The notes under the pieces: generated by a model | Seen by the model: only the letters and a program-made list of their open reading frames with translations | The model's database searches: none | Told to the model about the DNA's origin: nothing | Made by a program: the position numbers and the translations under genes | Assembly (NCBI GenBank): GCA_944393225.1 | Contig: CALXZK010000005.1 | Coordinates: 2,767-66,766 of the forward strand | DNA length: 64,000 bases | Reading direction: 5' to 3' | Source: an uncultured Alphaproteobacteria bacterium | GTDB lineage: Bacteria > Pseudomonadota > Alphaproteobacteria > RF32 > CAG-239 | Shown: positions 47,923 through 58,352 of the stretch, piece by piece | How the letters are laid out: each line of letters begins with the position of its first letter | How positions within the stretch are numbered: the stretch's first letter is position 1

Positions 47923-49221
47923 CTACTTCTGCTCCAATTCGGCAAATTTTTGAGCCATGGTCGGGTTATTGCGGGTTAAACGTTTAACCGTCAAATCTTG
48001 AGCTTTATTATTCGCCAAACGCAAGTTATTCTCAGAAGAAAGCAAGGCATCTTTTGTCTTTTGCAAATGGTCGATTGTCTTATCAATTTCTTCAATCGCT
48101 TTGCGGAACTTATCACTAGCCAACTGATAATTGCGTCCGAATTTCTCCTTAAAATCATTCATTTCCGCTTCAAAATTGGAAATATCTATATTTTGGTTCT
48201 TATATTCCGCCAATTGTTTACGATATTGAACCGAATTCAAAGCTGCATTTCTAAGCAATGTAATCATTGAGATAAAGAACTGCGGACGAATAACATACAT
48301 TTTGGGATAACGATGCGAAACATCAACAATTCCGGTATTATAGAGTTCATTATCAGATTCAAGCAAAGATACCAAAACTGCATATTCGCAATTTTTCTCG
48401 TTACGGTCTTTATCCAGTTCCTTAAAGAAATCCTCATTTTTATGTTTGGTTGCCGTGGTATCCATCTCATTTTTCATCTCAAACATAATGGATATAAATT
48501 CAATACCCTCGGGCGTACTCTCTCTGAAGATATAATCGCCTTTACTTCCGGTTTTGGCATCATTATCTTTTTCAAAGTAAGCATTTTGAAAAGCTGTGGC
48601 TCGCAAACGATTAAACTCAATCTCACAATGTTGTTCCAGAGTTTCCCCCACCATTTTGGTTGATTGACGAGTTTTCAAATCTTTATAAAAAGCGATTTCC
48701 GTATCTTTCGCCTTGAGTTGAACCGCAAAATTGTCTTTTAGGGATTGTTCTTGAAGTTGCTTATCTTTTTCAGCTTCTTTGAGTTGGCTTTCAAGTTGCA
48801 TAATTTTCTTGTCTTTTTCAACCAATTCATCTTTTTTCTCACTTACAGCCGAAGCAACGGCCAAAGTTTTGGCTTGTTCATTAGATTGAACTTGAGCCTT
48901 GAGGCGTTCGATTTCCTGATTAAGACTATTCAAGGAGCGTTCTTTTTCAATATCTTTATCTTTAGCAACCGTTGTAATTTCTGCTTTCAAACGTTCAATT
49001 TCTTGTTTGAGGGCTGCCGTAGATTGCTCTTGCTCCATTTTAGCCTGAGTTTTGATAAGAGAAAGCTCACTCTCCTTCTCTTTGGCAAGCTGAGCTTCAC
49101 GTTCATGCAGTTCCTTATGAAATTCGGCATTACGAACTTGGCCGATAATCGCTGCATAACCGGACTCATCAACCGTAAAAACTTCTCCACACTTCGGACA
49201 TTTTATCTCAGGCATCATCAT
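47923..49221 (-). CDS. Zinc-ribbon plus long coiled-coil protein with a C-terminal PD-(D/E)xK-like region (DUF2130/RmuC-like architecture)
   Basis: 432 aa. N-terminal CPKCGEVF zinc ribbon, then ~250 aa of E/K/Q-rich heptad-like sequence. C-terminal KGDYIF...[11 protein letters not shown] contains a D...E-x-K arrangement. Family assignment is from memory and tentative. Confidence 0.5.
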   Translation of the reverse strand: MMMPEIKCPKCGEVFTVDESGYAAIIGQVRNAEFHKELHEREAQLAKEKESELSLIKTQAKMEQEQSTAALKQEIERLKAEITTVAKDKDIEKERSLNSLNQEIERLKAQVQSNEQAKTLAVASAVSEKKDELVEKDKKIMQLESQLKEAEKDKQLQEQSLKDNFAVQLKAKDTEIAFYKDLKTRQSTKMVGETLEQHCEIEFNRLRATAFQNAYFEKDNDAKTGSKGDYIFRESTPEGIEFISIMFEMKNEMDTTATKHKNEDFFKELDKDRNEKNCEYAVLVSLLESDNELYNTGIVDVSHRYPKMYVIRPQFFISMITLLRNAALNSVQYRKQLAEYKNQNIDISNFEAEMNDFKEKFGRNYQLASDKFRKAIEEIDKTIDHLQKTKDALLSSENNLRLANNKAQDLTVKRLTRNNPTMAQKFAELEQK

Positions 49222-49601
49222 TCTCCTAAAAAACCTTAGCCCAGATTAAAACATCTAGGGCTAAAGTCAAATGAAAGATTGAATATATATTTTAACTTTA
49301 TGTCATTGGCGACAATATGTTAAAAACTTACGCACAAGCCTAATTTTTACCGCTCCAATTTAATAAACAACACGACAATATACCTTTGGAGTTCGAAAAC
49401 TGCATAGAACAGACACACAAAGAGGCAAGGATGTCAAAGTCCTTGTCTCTTTTTTAACATAATGTCACTTAGGGCAAAATGTTTAAATAGCATGAGATTT
49501 ATAAAATCTGCAAATAAGGTATTAACTTCCTTGATTGTTGAAAATATCCTGATAATATATCTCATAAGTTTAATTTAACTAAATTTCATACAGAGGTTGT
49601 A

Positions 49602-51110
49602 ATGGCGGGTAAAAATAACGCAAACATTGGTTTTGAAAAGCAAATTTGGGATGCAGCCTGCGAGCTTTGGGGACATATTCCGGCGGCAGATTACCGTAAA
49701 GTAATCGTCGGGCTGATTTTTTTGCGCTATATTTCTTTTGCTTTTGAAAAGCGTTATCAAGAACTGGTAGCTGAAGGCGATGGTTTTGAAGATGATAAAG
49801 ATGCCTACACCGAAGAAAATATATTCTTTGTACCGGAAAAAGCTCGTTGGGGTACGATTGCCGCAGCTGCACACACACCGGAAATCGGGATTGTAATTGA
49901 TGAAGCAATGCGTGCCATTGAAGATGAAAATAAAGTTTTGAAAAATGTTTTACCCAAGAATTATGCCAATCAAGATTTAGATAAACGCGTTTTGGGCAAT
50001 GTAGTGGATTTGTTCACAAATAATATAGATATGTCTGACACGGATGAAGACAAAGACTTGCTCGGTCGCACTTATGAATATTGCATTGCTCAGTTTGCCG
50101 CTTATGAAGGAACCAAGGGTGGTGAATTTTACACACCGTCAAGTATTGTTAAAACGATTGTTGAAGTCTTAAAACCTTTTGATAACTGCCGTGTTTATGA
50201 TCCTTGCTGTGGTTCGGGCGGAATGTTTGTTCAATCAGTTAAATTTTTGCAAGCTCACAGTGGCAATCGCAATCATATTTCCGTATATGGACAAGAATCA
50301 AATGCCGATACTTGGAAAATGGCTAAAATGAATATGGCTATACGCGGGATTGATGCCGATTTTGGTCCTTATCAAGCCGATACATTTTTTAATGACTTGC
50401 ACCCAACTTTGAAAGCCGATTTTATTATGGCTAATCCGCCGTTTAACCTTTCCAACTGGGGACAAGACAAATTGCTTGATGATGTGCGATGGAAATATGG
50501 TATTCCGCCGGCAGGAAATGCCAACTATGCGTGGATTCAACATATGATTTATCACCTTGCACCTAAAGGAAAAATCGGTTTGGTTTTGGCAAACGGTGCT
50601 TTATCTACTCAAACCAGCGGCGAAGGAGAAATCAGAAAACGCATTATTGAAGCAGATTTGGTAGAAGGTATTGTCGCTTTGCCACCGCAATTGTTTTATA
50701 GCGTTACAATTCCGGTTACTTTATGGTTTATCAGCCGCAATAAAGCACAAAAAGGCAAAACTTTGTTTATTGATGCGCGCAAAATGGGCTATATGGCCGA
50801 CCGCAAACACCGTGATTTCACGGATGAAGACATCAAAAAAATTGCCGATACCTTTACCGCTTTTCAAGAAGGAAAATTGGAAGATGTTAAAGGCTTTTGT
50901 GCCGTAGCCAGCACGGAAGATATTGCCAAACAAGATTATATCTTAACCCCCGGACGCTATGTGGGGATTGAGGAGCAAGCCGACGATGGCGAACCTTTTG
51001 AAGATAAGATGAAACGCCTGACAACAGAGCTAAAAGATATGTTTGAGCAGTCCGACCACTTGCAAAATGAAATCAAAGAAAAACTCAAAGCAATCGGCTG
51101 GGAGATGTAG
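49602..51110 (+). CDS. hsdM: Type I restriction-modification system, N6-adenine DNA methyltransferase subunit
   Basis: 502 aa. Motif I DPCCGSGGM and motif IV IMANPPFN, plus an HsdM N-terminal domain. Confidence 0.95.
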   Translation: MAGKNNANIGFEKQIWDAACELWGHIPAADYRKVIVGLIFLRYISFAFEKRYQELVAEGDGFEDDKDAYTEENIFFVPEKARWGTIAAAAHTPEIGIVIDEAMRAIEDENKVLKNVLPKNYANQDLDKRVLGNVVDLFTNNIDMSDTDEDKDLLGRTYEYCIAQFAAYEGTKGGEFYTPSSIVKTIVEVLKPFDNCRVYDPCCGSGGMFVQSVKFLQAHSGNRNHISVYGQESNADTWKMAKMNMAIRGIDADFGPYQADTFFNDLHPTLKADFIMANPPFNLSNWGQDKLLDDVRWKYGIPPAGNANYAWIQHMIYHLAPKGKIGLVLANGALSTQTSGEGEIRKRIIEADLVEGIVALPPQLFYSVTIPVTLWFISRNKAQKGKTLFIDARKMGYMADRKHRDFTDEDIKKIADTFTAFQEGKLEDVKGFCAVASTEDIAKQDYILTPGRYVGIEEQADDGEPFEDKMKRLTTELKDMFEQSDHLQNEIKEKLKAIGWEM

Positions 51111-51111
51111 G

Positions 51112-51978
51112 ATGAATAATTCTGATTTAAATAATAAATACTTCATAGATGATAAGGCTTTTAATTGTCCATTTTGTGGTTTGAGAAATGCAACATATAC
51201 AATATTGGCAATTCTTGAGCATGATATATCAACTACAAAGAAGGGAAAAATTATTTTTGTAAAATGCAATAGATGCAAAAAAATTTCAGTTCACTTCGCG
51301 CCTTATGATGTTTTAACTTCTGAGTGGAAAACTGGAAAAATTGGAATTTATATGACAGAATTGGGGTGGGGAGTACTAGATGCTTCATATGACATTTCTT
51401 TTCACAATTCAAAGAATGAAGTTTCTCCTTTTGATGTTGATTTAGATAGTAAAATTTATCATAGTATTCCAAGCTCTTTTTTTACAATGGATGATAGAAT
51501 TCCTAAAAAAATGAGACAACTCGTTGATGAAGCTCAGGAGTGCAAAAAAGCTAATCTAAAAACAGGTGCTTCTGCTTGTTTAAGAAAATTGATATATACC
51601 TTATTGTCAGACCAGCTAAATAAAAAAGCCGGAAAAGAAAATGTTAGTTTAAAGGACTTAGGTTATGAACACTATTCTGATTGCATAAAAGCTTTTAAGG
51701 AATATTGTCCTGATTTAACAGTGTTTATAGAACCTTTAGAAGATATTACAGGTATCACTAGTGACCAAGTTCATGAAAATTCTTGGGATGAAATATCCTC
51801 TAAAGATATTGAAATTTGCTTAGTTTCCATCAAGGATTTATTAGATGAGCTCTATGTTCAACCAGCCCTTTTAAAAGAAAGACGTGAAGCAATATTAAAA
51901 TTGAAGGAAGAAGCTCTACATAAACAGAAGGCTTCGACTAAACAAGGGCAAAATCACACGATAGAAAAAAAAGGATAA
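51112..51978 (+). CDS. Hypothetical protein embedded in the RM operon: N-terminal zinc ribbon, C-terminal DUF4145-like region
   Basis: The ORF track begins at 51043. The in-frame ATG at 51112 follows the hsdM stop and a GGAG RBS. N-terminal C-x2-C...C-x2-C (CPFCG...CNRCKK). C-terminal ASACLRKLIYTLLSDQL...ITGITSDQVHEN resembles what I recall of DUF4145, a domain common in RM neighbourhoods. Tentative. Confidence 0.5.
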   Translation: MNNSDLNNKYFIDDKAFNCPFCGLRNATYTILAILEHDISTTKKGKIIFVKCNRCKKISVHFAPYDVLTSEWKTGKIGIYMTELGWGVLDASYDISFHNSKNEVSPFDVDLDSKIYHSIPSSFFTMDDRIPKKMRQLVDEAQECKKANLKTGASACLRKLIYTLLSDQLNKKAGKENVSLKDLGYEHYSDCIKAFKEYCPDLTVFIEPLEDITGITSDQVHENSWDEISSKDIEICLVSIKDLLDELYVQPALLKERREAILKLKEEALHKQKASTKQGQNHTIEKKG

Positions 51979-51982
51979 AAAC

Positions 51983-52255
51983 ATGTATCCTTGGCAAAGT
52001 TTCGTAATTGGAATTTTAGAGTTTGCGGCGTGGCCTATTGTTGCTATTTGCTGTGCTTTGATATTTAAAAAAGATATTAGTAATTTGCTTTCCAGAATTA
52101 AAACTTTACCCGGAGGAACAGAATTAAACCCTCAAGTTGTTGAAAATCAGGCTGAAAGCAAAAAAGATTTTGATGAATTATACATAAAGACACAAGAAAA
52201 ACAAAATAGAGAAATTGAAAAAACAGCTTCTGCAAAGAATAAGGAGGCACAATAA
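51983..52255 (+). CDS. Small membrane protein
   Basis: 90 aa. N-terminal TM helix FVIGILEFAAWPIVAICCALIF and a charged C-terminal half. 4 nt after the previous stop. Confidence 0.4.
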   Translation: MYPWQSFVIGILEFAAWPIVAICCALIFKKDISNLLSRIKTLPGGTELNPQVVENQAESKKDFDELYIKTQEKQNREIEKTASAKNKEAQ

Positions 52256-52663
52256 ATGCTTAATTATAATAAACAAAAAGCCTTAGGCGAACTTTTAGAT
52301 GTTATTAATAAAGGTATTAGTTTATTGGCTAATGACTATTTAGGCAAAGATTTGTGTCAAGCTTATGAAAAATATGTTTTTTCAACAATGCAATTAGTTG
52401 ATGCTGCTTTTACGACAAACTATTCTTTAGAATTTTCTAAAAATTATTCACCATTTAGACAATCATCACCTGTGTATGGTAATGACTATTGGTTAAAATC
52501 TATAACTTCAATACATCAGCCTAATAGCGCCAAAAATATTACCGCAACATTTGATGTATCTAGCGAGAGAAGACATAAAGAAGAATTACAAAAACTCTTA
52601 CAAAGATTGGTCGATATAACGAAAATTTTAATTTCGAGATATAATCAACAAAGCTTGTTTTGA
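52256..52663 (+). CDS. Hypothetical protein
   Basis: 135 aa. Start abuts the previous stop and the stop overlaps the hsdS start. No recognisable motifs. Confidence 0.45.
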   Translation: MLNYNKQKALGELLDVINKGISLLANDYLGKDLCQAYEKYVFSTMQLVDAAFTTNYSLEFSKNYSPFRQSSPVYGNDYWLKSITSIHQPNSAKNITATFDVSSERRHKEELQKLLQRLVDITKILISRYNQQSLF

Positions 52664-53953
52664 TATGCTACTTATATAAAAAGAAAAGAATAAGGATAAG
52701 AAGAATGGCTAAAAACCAAGAGAAGAAATGGCAAGAGGTTAAGTTGGGGGATGTGTGCGATGTTTTAAATGGTCGTGCATATAAACAAAGCGAATTACTT
52801 AATACTGGAAAATATCCAGTATTAAGAGTAGGAAACTTTTTTTCTCGAGATAAGTGGTATTATTCAAATTTAGAGTTAGAAGAAAGTAAATATTGTAACA
52901 ACGGCGATTTGCTATATGCTTGGTCTGCATCTTTTGGCCCCAAAATCTGGAACAATGGCAAAGTAATTTATCATTATCACATATGGAAACTGCAACCTAA
53001 CTTGGCCATTCTTGATAAACTTTATTTATTTTATTGGCTAAAAGAATCAACATCATTACTTACACAAGGAATACATGGTAGTGTTATGGCTCATTTAACC
53101 AAATCAGATATGGAGAAAATGCTAATATCTCTCCCACCGCTTGAGGTACAAAAGAAGATTGCGGGGTTGTTGGGAGCTTTGGATGATAAAATTGAGCTGA
53201 ACAACAAAATTAATCAAAACCTAGAAGCCCAAGCCCAAGCCTTATTCAAATCTTGGTTTATCGACTTTGAACCTTTCGGCGGTAAAATGCCCGATGATTG
53301 GAAGGAAATAAACCTATCTGATATTGCTGAATTTATAGGAGGATATTCTTACAAAAGTAGTGAATTACAATCTTCATCTACAGTGATGGCAACAATTAAA
53401 AACTTTGATAGACAAGGCGGATTTAAACTTGATGGATTTAAAGAAATTTCTCCATCAGAAAAATTAAAGGAAAATCAAAAAATTTCTTTATTTGATACCT
53501 TAGTAGCTCATACGGATTTAACTCAAAATGCAGATGTAATAGGAAATGCAGAAATGTTGTTGAGCACTGCTGGGTACTCAAATGTTATTATCTCGATGGA
53601 TGTTGTAAAAGTTATACCTAAAAAAGGTATTTCTAAATTTTTACTGGCCACCTTGTTAAAAGATAACAGATTTAAGCAGCATTGTTTAGGCTATATAAAT
53701 GGAACTTACCGTATTACACCTTAGTAAAAAAGCATTACCTGAATATACATTTGCGTTTCCCAATAATATGACGGATGTGGCTAAATTAACCAATATCTTA
53801 GAATATTTATATAAGAAATTAGCGTATAATATAGAAGAAAATTTAAGATTAGCTGAGTTGAGAGATGCTCTCCTCCCCAAGCTCATGTCTGGCGAAATTA
53901 ATGTAGATGATGTTAAAATCTCAAATAATATGCTATCATCTTCTGAGGAGTAA
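52660..53953 (+). pseudogene. hsdS: Type I RM specificity subunit HsdS, interrupted by a frameshift near 53699..53724
   Basis: Frame 1 (52660..53724) encodes TRD1, the central conserved region (LPPLEVQKKIAGLLGALDDKIELNNKINQNLEAQAQALFKSWF) and TRD2. A +1-frame ORF (53699..53953) encodes the conserved HsdS C-terminus (...RLAELRDALLPKLMSGEI). Either an authentic frameshift or a sequencing error. Confidence 0.75.
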
Positions 53954-53956
53954 AGA

Positions 53957-54817
53957 ATGACCATTGATCAAACTGAATACATTGAATTACTTGCTAGACT
54001 AGATAATATAGCTCAAACGAGTGGATGGGAAATAGCAAATGTAATCGCTACGTTCTGCGCTGTTATTGTCGCTCTTTTTTTTCCTTTAAGAGAATATGTT
54101 AGAACATTTCCTAAATTTGTACTCAAAATAAATATTCCCGAAATACGAGAAGCAAATTTAGATGGGATTGATAAACCTCATGTTGGCATTTCAATCAAAA
54201 ACCTTTCAAAAGAAGTCTTATATTTAAAAGATGCGTTTTTATACTTTGATTTAAAGGATTATCATAATTTCAGAGTATACTTACATTTGGGATTAAACCA
54301 TGAATTTAAAATCTTACCGTATTCTGAGGAATTTGTAGAATATTTTATTTGGCATAAAGATGTTTATAATGGAAGAAAACCAGTAAAAGAATTTTTATCT
54401 ACAAATAAACAAGTAGCAAAACAATATTTAAAAGGTGTGTCTGGATATGAAAAGGTTAAAAATATATCTATAGCTATACATACTAACTTAGGAAGAAGCA
54501 ATAAAAAAATACCTAAATGGGGATGGGAAGAACTCGTAAATCAATTATTAGATATTGTTTTCAGCTTAGATAAAGAACGGCAAACAATTTTAAAAAAACA
54601 TCTTGGCAATAAGCAAGATAAAAACATTAAAGAAACTTTTATAAAATATTTAAAAGATATGGAAACATTAGATAAAAAAAGATATCAAGAATACAAAGAT
54701 AAGTGTTCAAAAGGGATACAGGAAGAAAAAGAACGCAAACGACGAAGAAAAGAAATTACCAGACACAGAAATACCAATATATTAAAAAGGATATTTAATC
54801 ATGACCACATATTTTGA
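53957..54817 (+). CDS. Hypothetical membrane-anchored protein between hsdS and hsdR
   Basis: 286 aa. N-terminal TM helix WEIANVIATFCAVIVALFFPL and a basic C-terminus (KERKRRRKEITRHRN). Overlaps the hsdR start. Confidence 0.5.
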   Translation: MTIDQTEYIELLARLDNIAQTSGWEIANVIATFCAVIVALFFPLREYVRTFPKFVLKINIPEIREANLDGIDKPHVGISIKNLSKEVLYLKDAFLYFDLKDYHNFRVYLHLGLNHEFKILPYSEEFVEYFIWHKDVYNGRKPVKEFLSTNKQVAKQYLKGVSGYEKVKNISIAIHTNLGRSNKKIPKWGWEELVNQLLDIVFSLDKERQTILKKHLGNKQDKNIKETFIKYLKDMETLDKKRYQEYKDKCSKGIQEEKERKRRRKEITRHRNTNILKRIFNHDHIF

Positions 54818-57800
54818 AAATTCTGTCAATGAAAATGCTTATGAAGCCTCGATTATTGAGCTGTTTCAAAATATGGGGTATGTTCATGTTTATGGGCCGG
54901 ATATTGAAAATCGCGACTTCACCTCTCCTTTATATGATGATGTTTTAGAAGAAGCATTGGTTCGGCTCAACCCAAAGCTTCCGCAAGCTGCTATTAATGA
55001 GGCTTTGTTCAAGCTCCGAAATTTTGAAAACGCAGAACTGGTACAAAAAAATGCCATTTTTATGGATTATCTGCAAAATGGAATTACCGTCCGCTATACA
55101 GAAAAAGGCGAACCTAAAGATACGATTGTTTATCTTATCGATTATGATAAACCAGCCAACAACTCTTTTATTATTGCAAATCAATGGACTTTTGTTGAAA
55201 ATAGTGAAAAACGCCCTGATATTTTGCTGTTCATCAATGGTTTGCCCTTGGTTTTGATGGAGCTCAAATCTCCATCTCGTGAAGAAACCGATGTTTCTGC
55301 CGCTTATCGCCAAATTCAAAACTATAAATATGAAATTCCTTCTATGTTTATTTATAATGCCATTTGTGTAATGAGCGACTTGTTGACGTCAAAGGCAGGA
55401 ACTCTCACTTCCGGTGAAGACCGCTACATGGAATGGAAAACTATTGATGGTTCTTATGAAAATACGCAACATGCGCAATTCGATACTTTCTTTATGGGAA
55501 TCTTTGCCAAAGAGCGTCTATTGGATATTTTGAAAAACTTTATCTGTTTTTCTAATGAAAATAGAGGGCTTGTTAAAATTATGGCGGCTTATCACCAATA
55601 TTTTGCCGTTAAAAAAGCCATTACCTCAACCAAAAACGCCACAGAAACTGACGGTAAAGGCGGTGTTTTTTGGCATACGCAAGGAAGTGGAAAATCTTTA
55701 TCTATGGTCTTTTATGCTCATCTGTTGCAAAAAGCCTTAAACAGCCCAACAATCGTGGTGATTACTGACCGCAACGACTTAGACGACCAGCTTTATAGCC
55801 AATTTGCCAAGTGTAAAGACTTTTTACGTCAAGAGCCTGTTCAAGCCGAAAGTCGAGCTCACCTAAAAAAACTCTTAGGCGGCATTAAAGCCAACGGAAT
55901 TTTCTGTACAACAATGCAGAAATTTGAGGAATCAGATGAACCCTTATCTGAAAGACGTAATATTATCGTGATGGCTGATGAAGCGCACCGCGGACAATAT
56001 GGGCTGACCGAAAAAATAGATGAAAAAACCGGAAAAATTAAAATCGGAGCAGCACGTGTTATTCGTGATTCCTTACCCAATGCCACATATATCGGCTTTA
56101 CCGGTACGCCGATTTCCACCAAAGACCGCAGCACACGTGAGGTTTTCGGAAATTATATTGATGTTTATGATATGACACAAGCAGTGGAAGATGGTGCAAC
56201 ACGTCCGGTTTATTATGAAAGCCGTGTGATTAAACTTCATCTGAAACCGGAAGTTTTGCGTTTGATTGATGCAGAATATGACCTTATGGCTCATAATGCT
56301 GATCCTGAAGTGATTGAAAAGAGCAAAAAGCAACTCGGACAAATGGAAACTATTTTGGGCGATGACAGCACAATCAATTCTCTGGTTACCGATATTTTAG
56401 ACCATTATGAAAATAACCGTGCCAACCTCTTAACCGGAAAAGCTATGATTGTGGCTTATTCTCGCCCGATTGCGATGAAAATATATCGCAAAATCTTAGA
56501 ACTTCATCCTGATTGGCAAGAAAAAGTCGCCGTGGTTATGACTTCTGATAACAATGATCCCGAAGATTGGCACAATATTGTTGGGAATAAAGCCTATAAA
56601 GAAGAATTAGCTCGCAAGTTCAAAGATAATTCTGATCCGCTCAAAATTGCCATTGTTGTTGATATGTGGCTGACCGGATTTGATGTGCCTTCCCTTGCAA
56701 CAATGTATGTTTATAAGCCGATGAGCGGACACAACCTGATGCAAGCAATCGCTCGTGTTAACCGCGTTTTCCAAGACAAAGAAGGTGGTTTGGTAGTTGA
56801 TTATGTCGGAATTGCCAGCGCTTTGAAGCAAGCTATGAATGATTATACTATCCGCGACCGCAAAAATTATGGTGATACGGATATTTCAACCGTAGCTAAA
56901 CCGAAATTTATTGAAAAATTGGAAGTTTGCCGCGGTTTGTTACATGGATTTGATTATTCCGACTTTGCAAAAGGAAGCAATTTACAACGAGCAAAACTTA
57001 TCAGTGGTGCCGTAAACTTTATTATTGCCCGTGAAAAAGAAAAACAAAAAGAAGATTTTGTTAAAGAGGCTTTGCTCCTAAAACAAGCTCTTTCTTTGTG
57101 CTCATCTTTAATTGAAGAAAAATTGCGTATTGAAGCCGCCTTTATGGAAGCTGTGCGTGTTTTGGTTGTTCGTTTAACTTGTTCAGGCAATAGCGGCAAG
57201 AAAATCTCTCTACCGGAGATGAACGAGAGAATAAATGAACTTCTGAAACAAAGTATTAGAAGCGACGGTGTTATCAATCTGTTTTCTGACATCAAAGAAG
57301 AATTTTCTTTGTTTGATCCTAAGTTTTTGGAAGAAATATCTAAAATGAAGGAGAAAAACTTGGCGGTTGAATTGCTCAAAAAATTAATAGCCGAGCAAAT
57401 CAGTGTTTATCGCCGTACAAACGTTGTTAAATCAGAAAAATTCAGCGAGATAATCCAAGAAGCAATGAACCGTTATCTGAACGGTATGCTCACCAATGAA
57501 CAAGTTATTGAAGAACTCTTAAACTTGGCTAAACAAATTGCCTCTGCTCAAAAAGAAGGTGATGATTTAGGCTTAACCCCAGATGAATTAGCTTTTTATG
57601 ATGCTCTGACCAAGCCTCAAGCCGTTAAAGATTTTTATGAAAACGATGAACTTGTCGCCATTATCAAAGAACTGACTGAGGCTTTGCGTAAAAATAAAAC
57701 TATCGACTGGCAAAAAAGAGAAAATGCTCGAGCAAAAATGCGCATGATGATTAAAAAGCTCCTTAAAAAGCATAAATATCCGCCGGAAGGCATGGAAGAT

Positions 57801-57860
57801 GCCGTCCAAACTGTTATGACTCAATGTGAGCTTTGGACTGATAATGTTATGGAAGCGTAA
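54801..57860 (+). CDS. hsdR: Type I restriction enzyme R subunit (SF2 helicase/endonuclease)
   Basis: 1019 aa. N-terminal nuclease region, Walker A, and the DEAH box IIVMADEAHRGQYG, followed by further helicase motifs. Confidence 0.95.
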   Translation: MTTYFENSVNENAYEASIIELFQNMGYVHVYGPDIENRDFTSPLYDDVLEEALVRLNPKLPQAAINEALFKLRNFENAELVQKNAIFMDYLQNGITVRYTEKGEPKDTIVYLIDYDKPANNSFIIANQWTFVENSEKRPDILLFINGLPLVLMELKSPSREETDVSAAYRQIQNYKYEIPSMFIYNAICVMSDLLTSKAGTLTSGEDRYMEWKTIDGSYENTQHAQFDTFFMGIFAKERLLDILKNFICFSNENRGLVKIMAAYHQYFAVKKAITSTKNATETDGKGGVFWHTQGSGKSLSMVFYAHLLQKALNSPTIVVITDRNDLDDQLYSQFAKCKDFLRQEPVQAESRAHLKKLLGGIKANGIFCTTMQKFEESDEPLSERRNIIVMADEAHRGQYGLTEKIDEKTGKIKIGAARVIRDSLPNATYIGFTGTPISTKDRSTREVFGNYIDVYDMTQAVEDGATRPVYYESRVIKLHLKPEVLRLIDAEYDLMAHNADPEVIEKSKKQLGQMETILGDDSTINSLVTDILDHYENNRANLLTGKAMIVAYSRPIAMKIYRKILELHPDWQEKVAVVMTSDNNDPEDWHNIVGNKAYKEELARKFKDNSDPLKIAIVVDMWLTGFDVPSLATMYVYKPMSGHNLMQAIARVNRVFQDKEGGLVVDYVGIASALKQAMNDYTIRDRKNYGDTDISTVAKPKFIEKLEVCRGLLHGFDYSDFAKGSNLQRAKLISGAVNFIIAREKEKQKEDFVKEALLLKQALSLCSSLIEEKLRIEAAFMEAVRVLVVRLTCSGNSGKKISLPEMNERINELLKQSIRSDGVINLFSDIKEEFSLFDPKFLEEISKMKEKNLAVELLKKLIAEQISVYRRTNVVKSEKFSEIIQEAMNRYLNGMLTNEQVIEELLNLAKQIASAQKEGDDLGLTPDELAFYDALTKPQAVKDFYENDELVAIIKELTEALRKNKTIDWQKRENARAKMRMMIKKLLKKHKYPPEGMEDAVQTVMTQCELWTDNVMEA

Positions 57861-57911
57861 CTTTGGCACCTTAATAGCACAAAGTTTTAAGCTTCCTATA
57901 CATTAACTTAA

Positions 57912-58352
57912 TTAATAGCTAATCTCTGTAATTTTATGAGGAGCAAAATTAGTTTTATCTGGAGCTGTATTTATTAATGTGTGTGGATCTAACCTTATAT
58001 CTAAAAGTTCATAATCTGGCGATTTAAGAGAGATATTTTCTGATTTAAACGTATTTTTGGGAATATTAAGTAAATATAACTTTCTATTTTTTATATCATT
58101 TAAAATTAAACTCCAATCAAGATGAAGAAATTTTGGATTAGGATTTGCCCAATAGACTCCGTTTCTTCTATTAGAGCTTGAAAATGTAACTTTCTCATTT
58201 AGATCAAACTTTTTCTGCAATAATAAAGCCACAGCCTTTTTCTTATTCATTTTATTTTTGTCGGAATCTATTTTAATATTATCACCCATAGAAAACTCCT
58301 TTACTATACTTATAGTGGAAAATATAGTAATTTTTAGCTTAAATAAATTCAA
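57912..58352 (-). CDS. Hypothetical protein
   Basis: 146 aa, AT-rich ORF. The true start may be the internal Met (MGDNIK...). No family assigned. Confidence 0.4.
   Translation of the reverse strand: MNLFKLKITIFSTISIVKEFSMGDNIKIDSDKNKMNKKKAVALLLQKKFDLNEKVTFSSSNRRNGVYWANPNPKFLHLDWSLILNDIKNRKLYLLNIPKNTFKSENISLKSPDYELLDIRLDPHTLINTAPDKTNFAPHKITEISY

Noticed and set aside
47923-49221. Calling the coiled-coil gene RmuC
   Set aside because: The N-terminus is a zinc ribbon rather than the RmuC membrane anchor, so I describe only the architecture and a tentative DUF2130-like resemblance.
52660-53953. Possibility that the hsdS frameshift is a phase-variation switch
   Set aside because: There is no homopolymer or simple-sequence tract at the shift site (the nearest A6 run is downstream of it). 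Listed as a probable inactivating frameshift or sequencing error instead.
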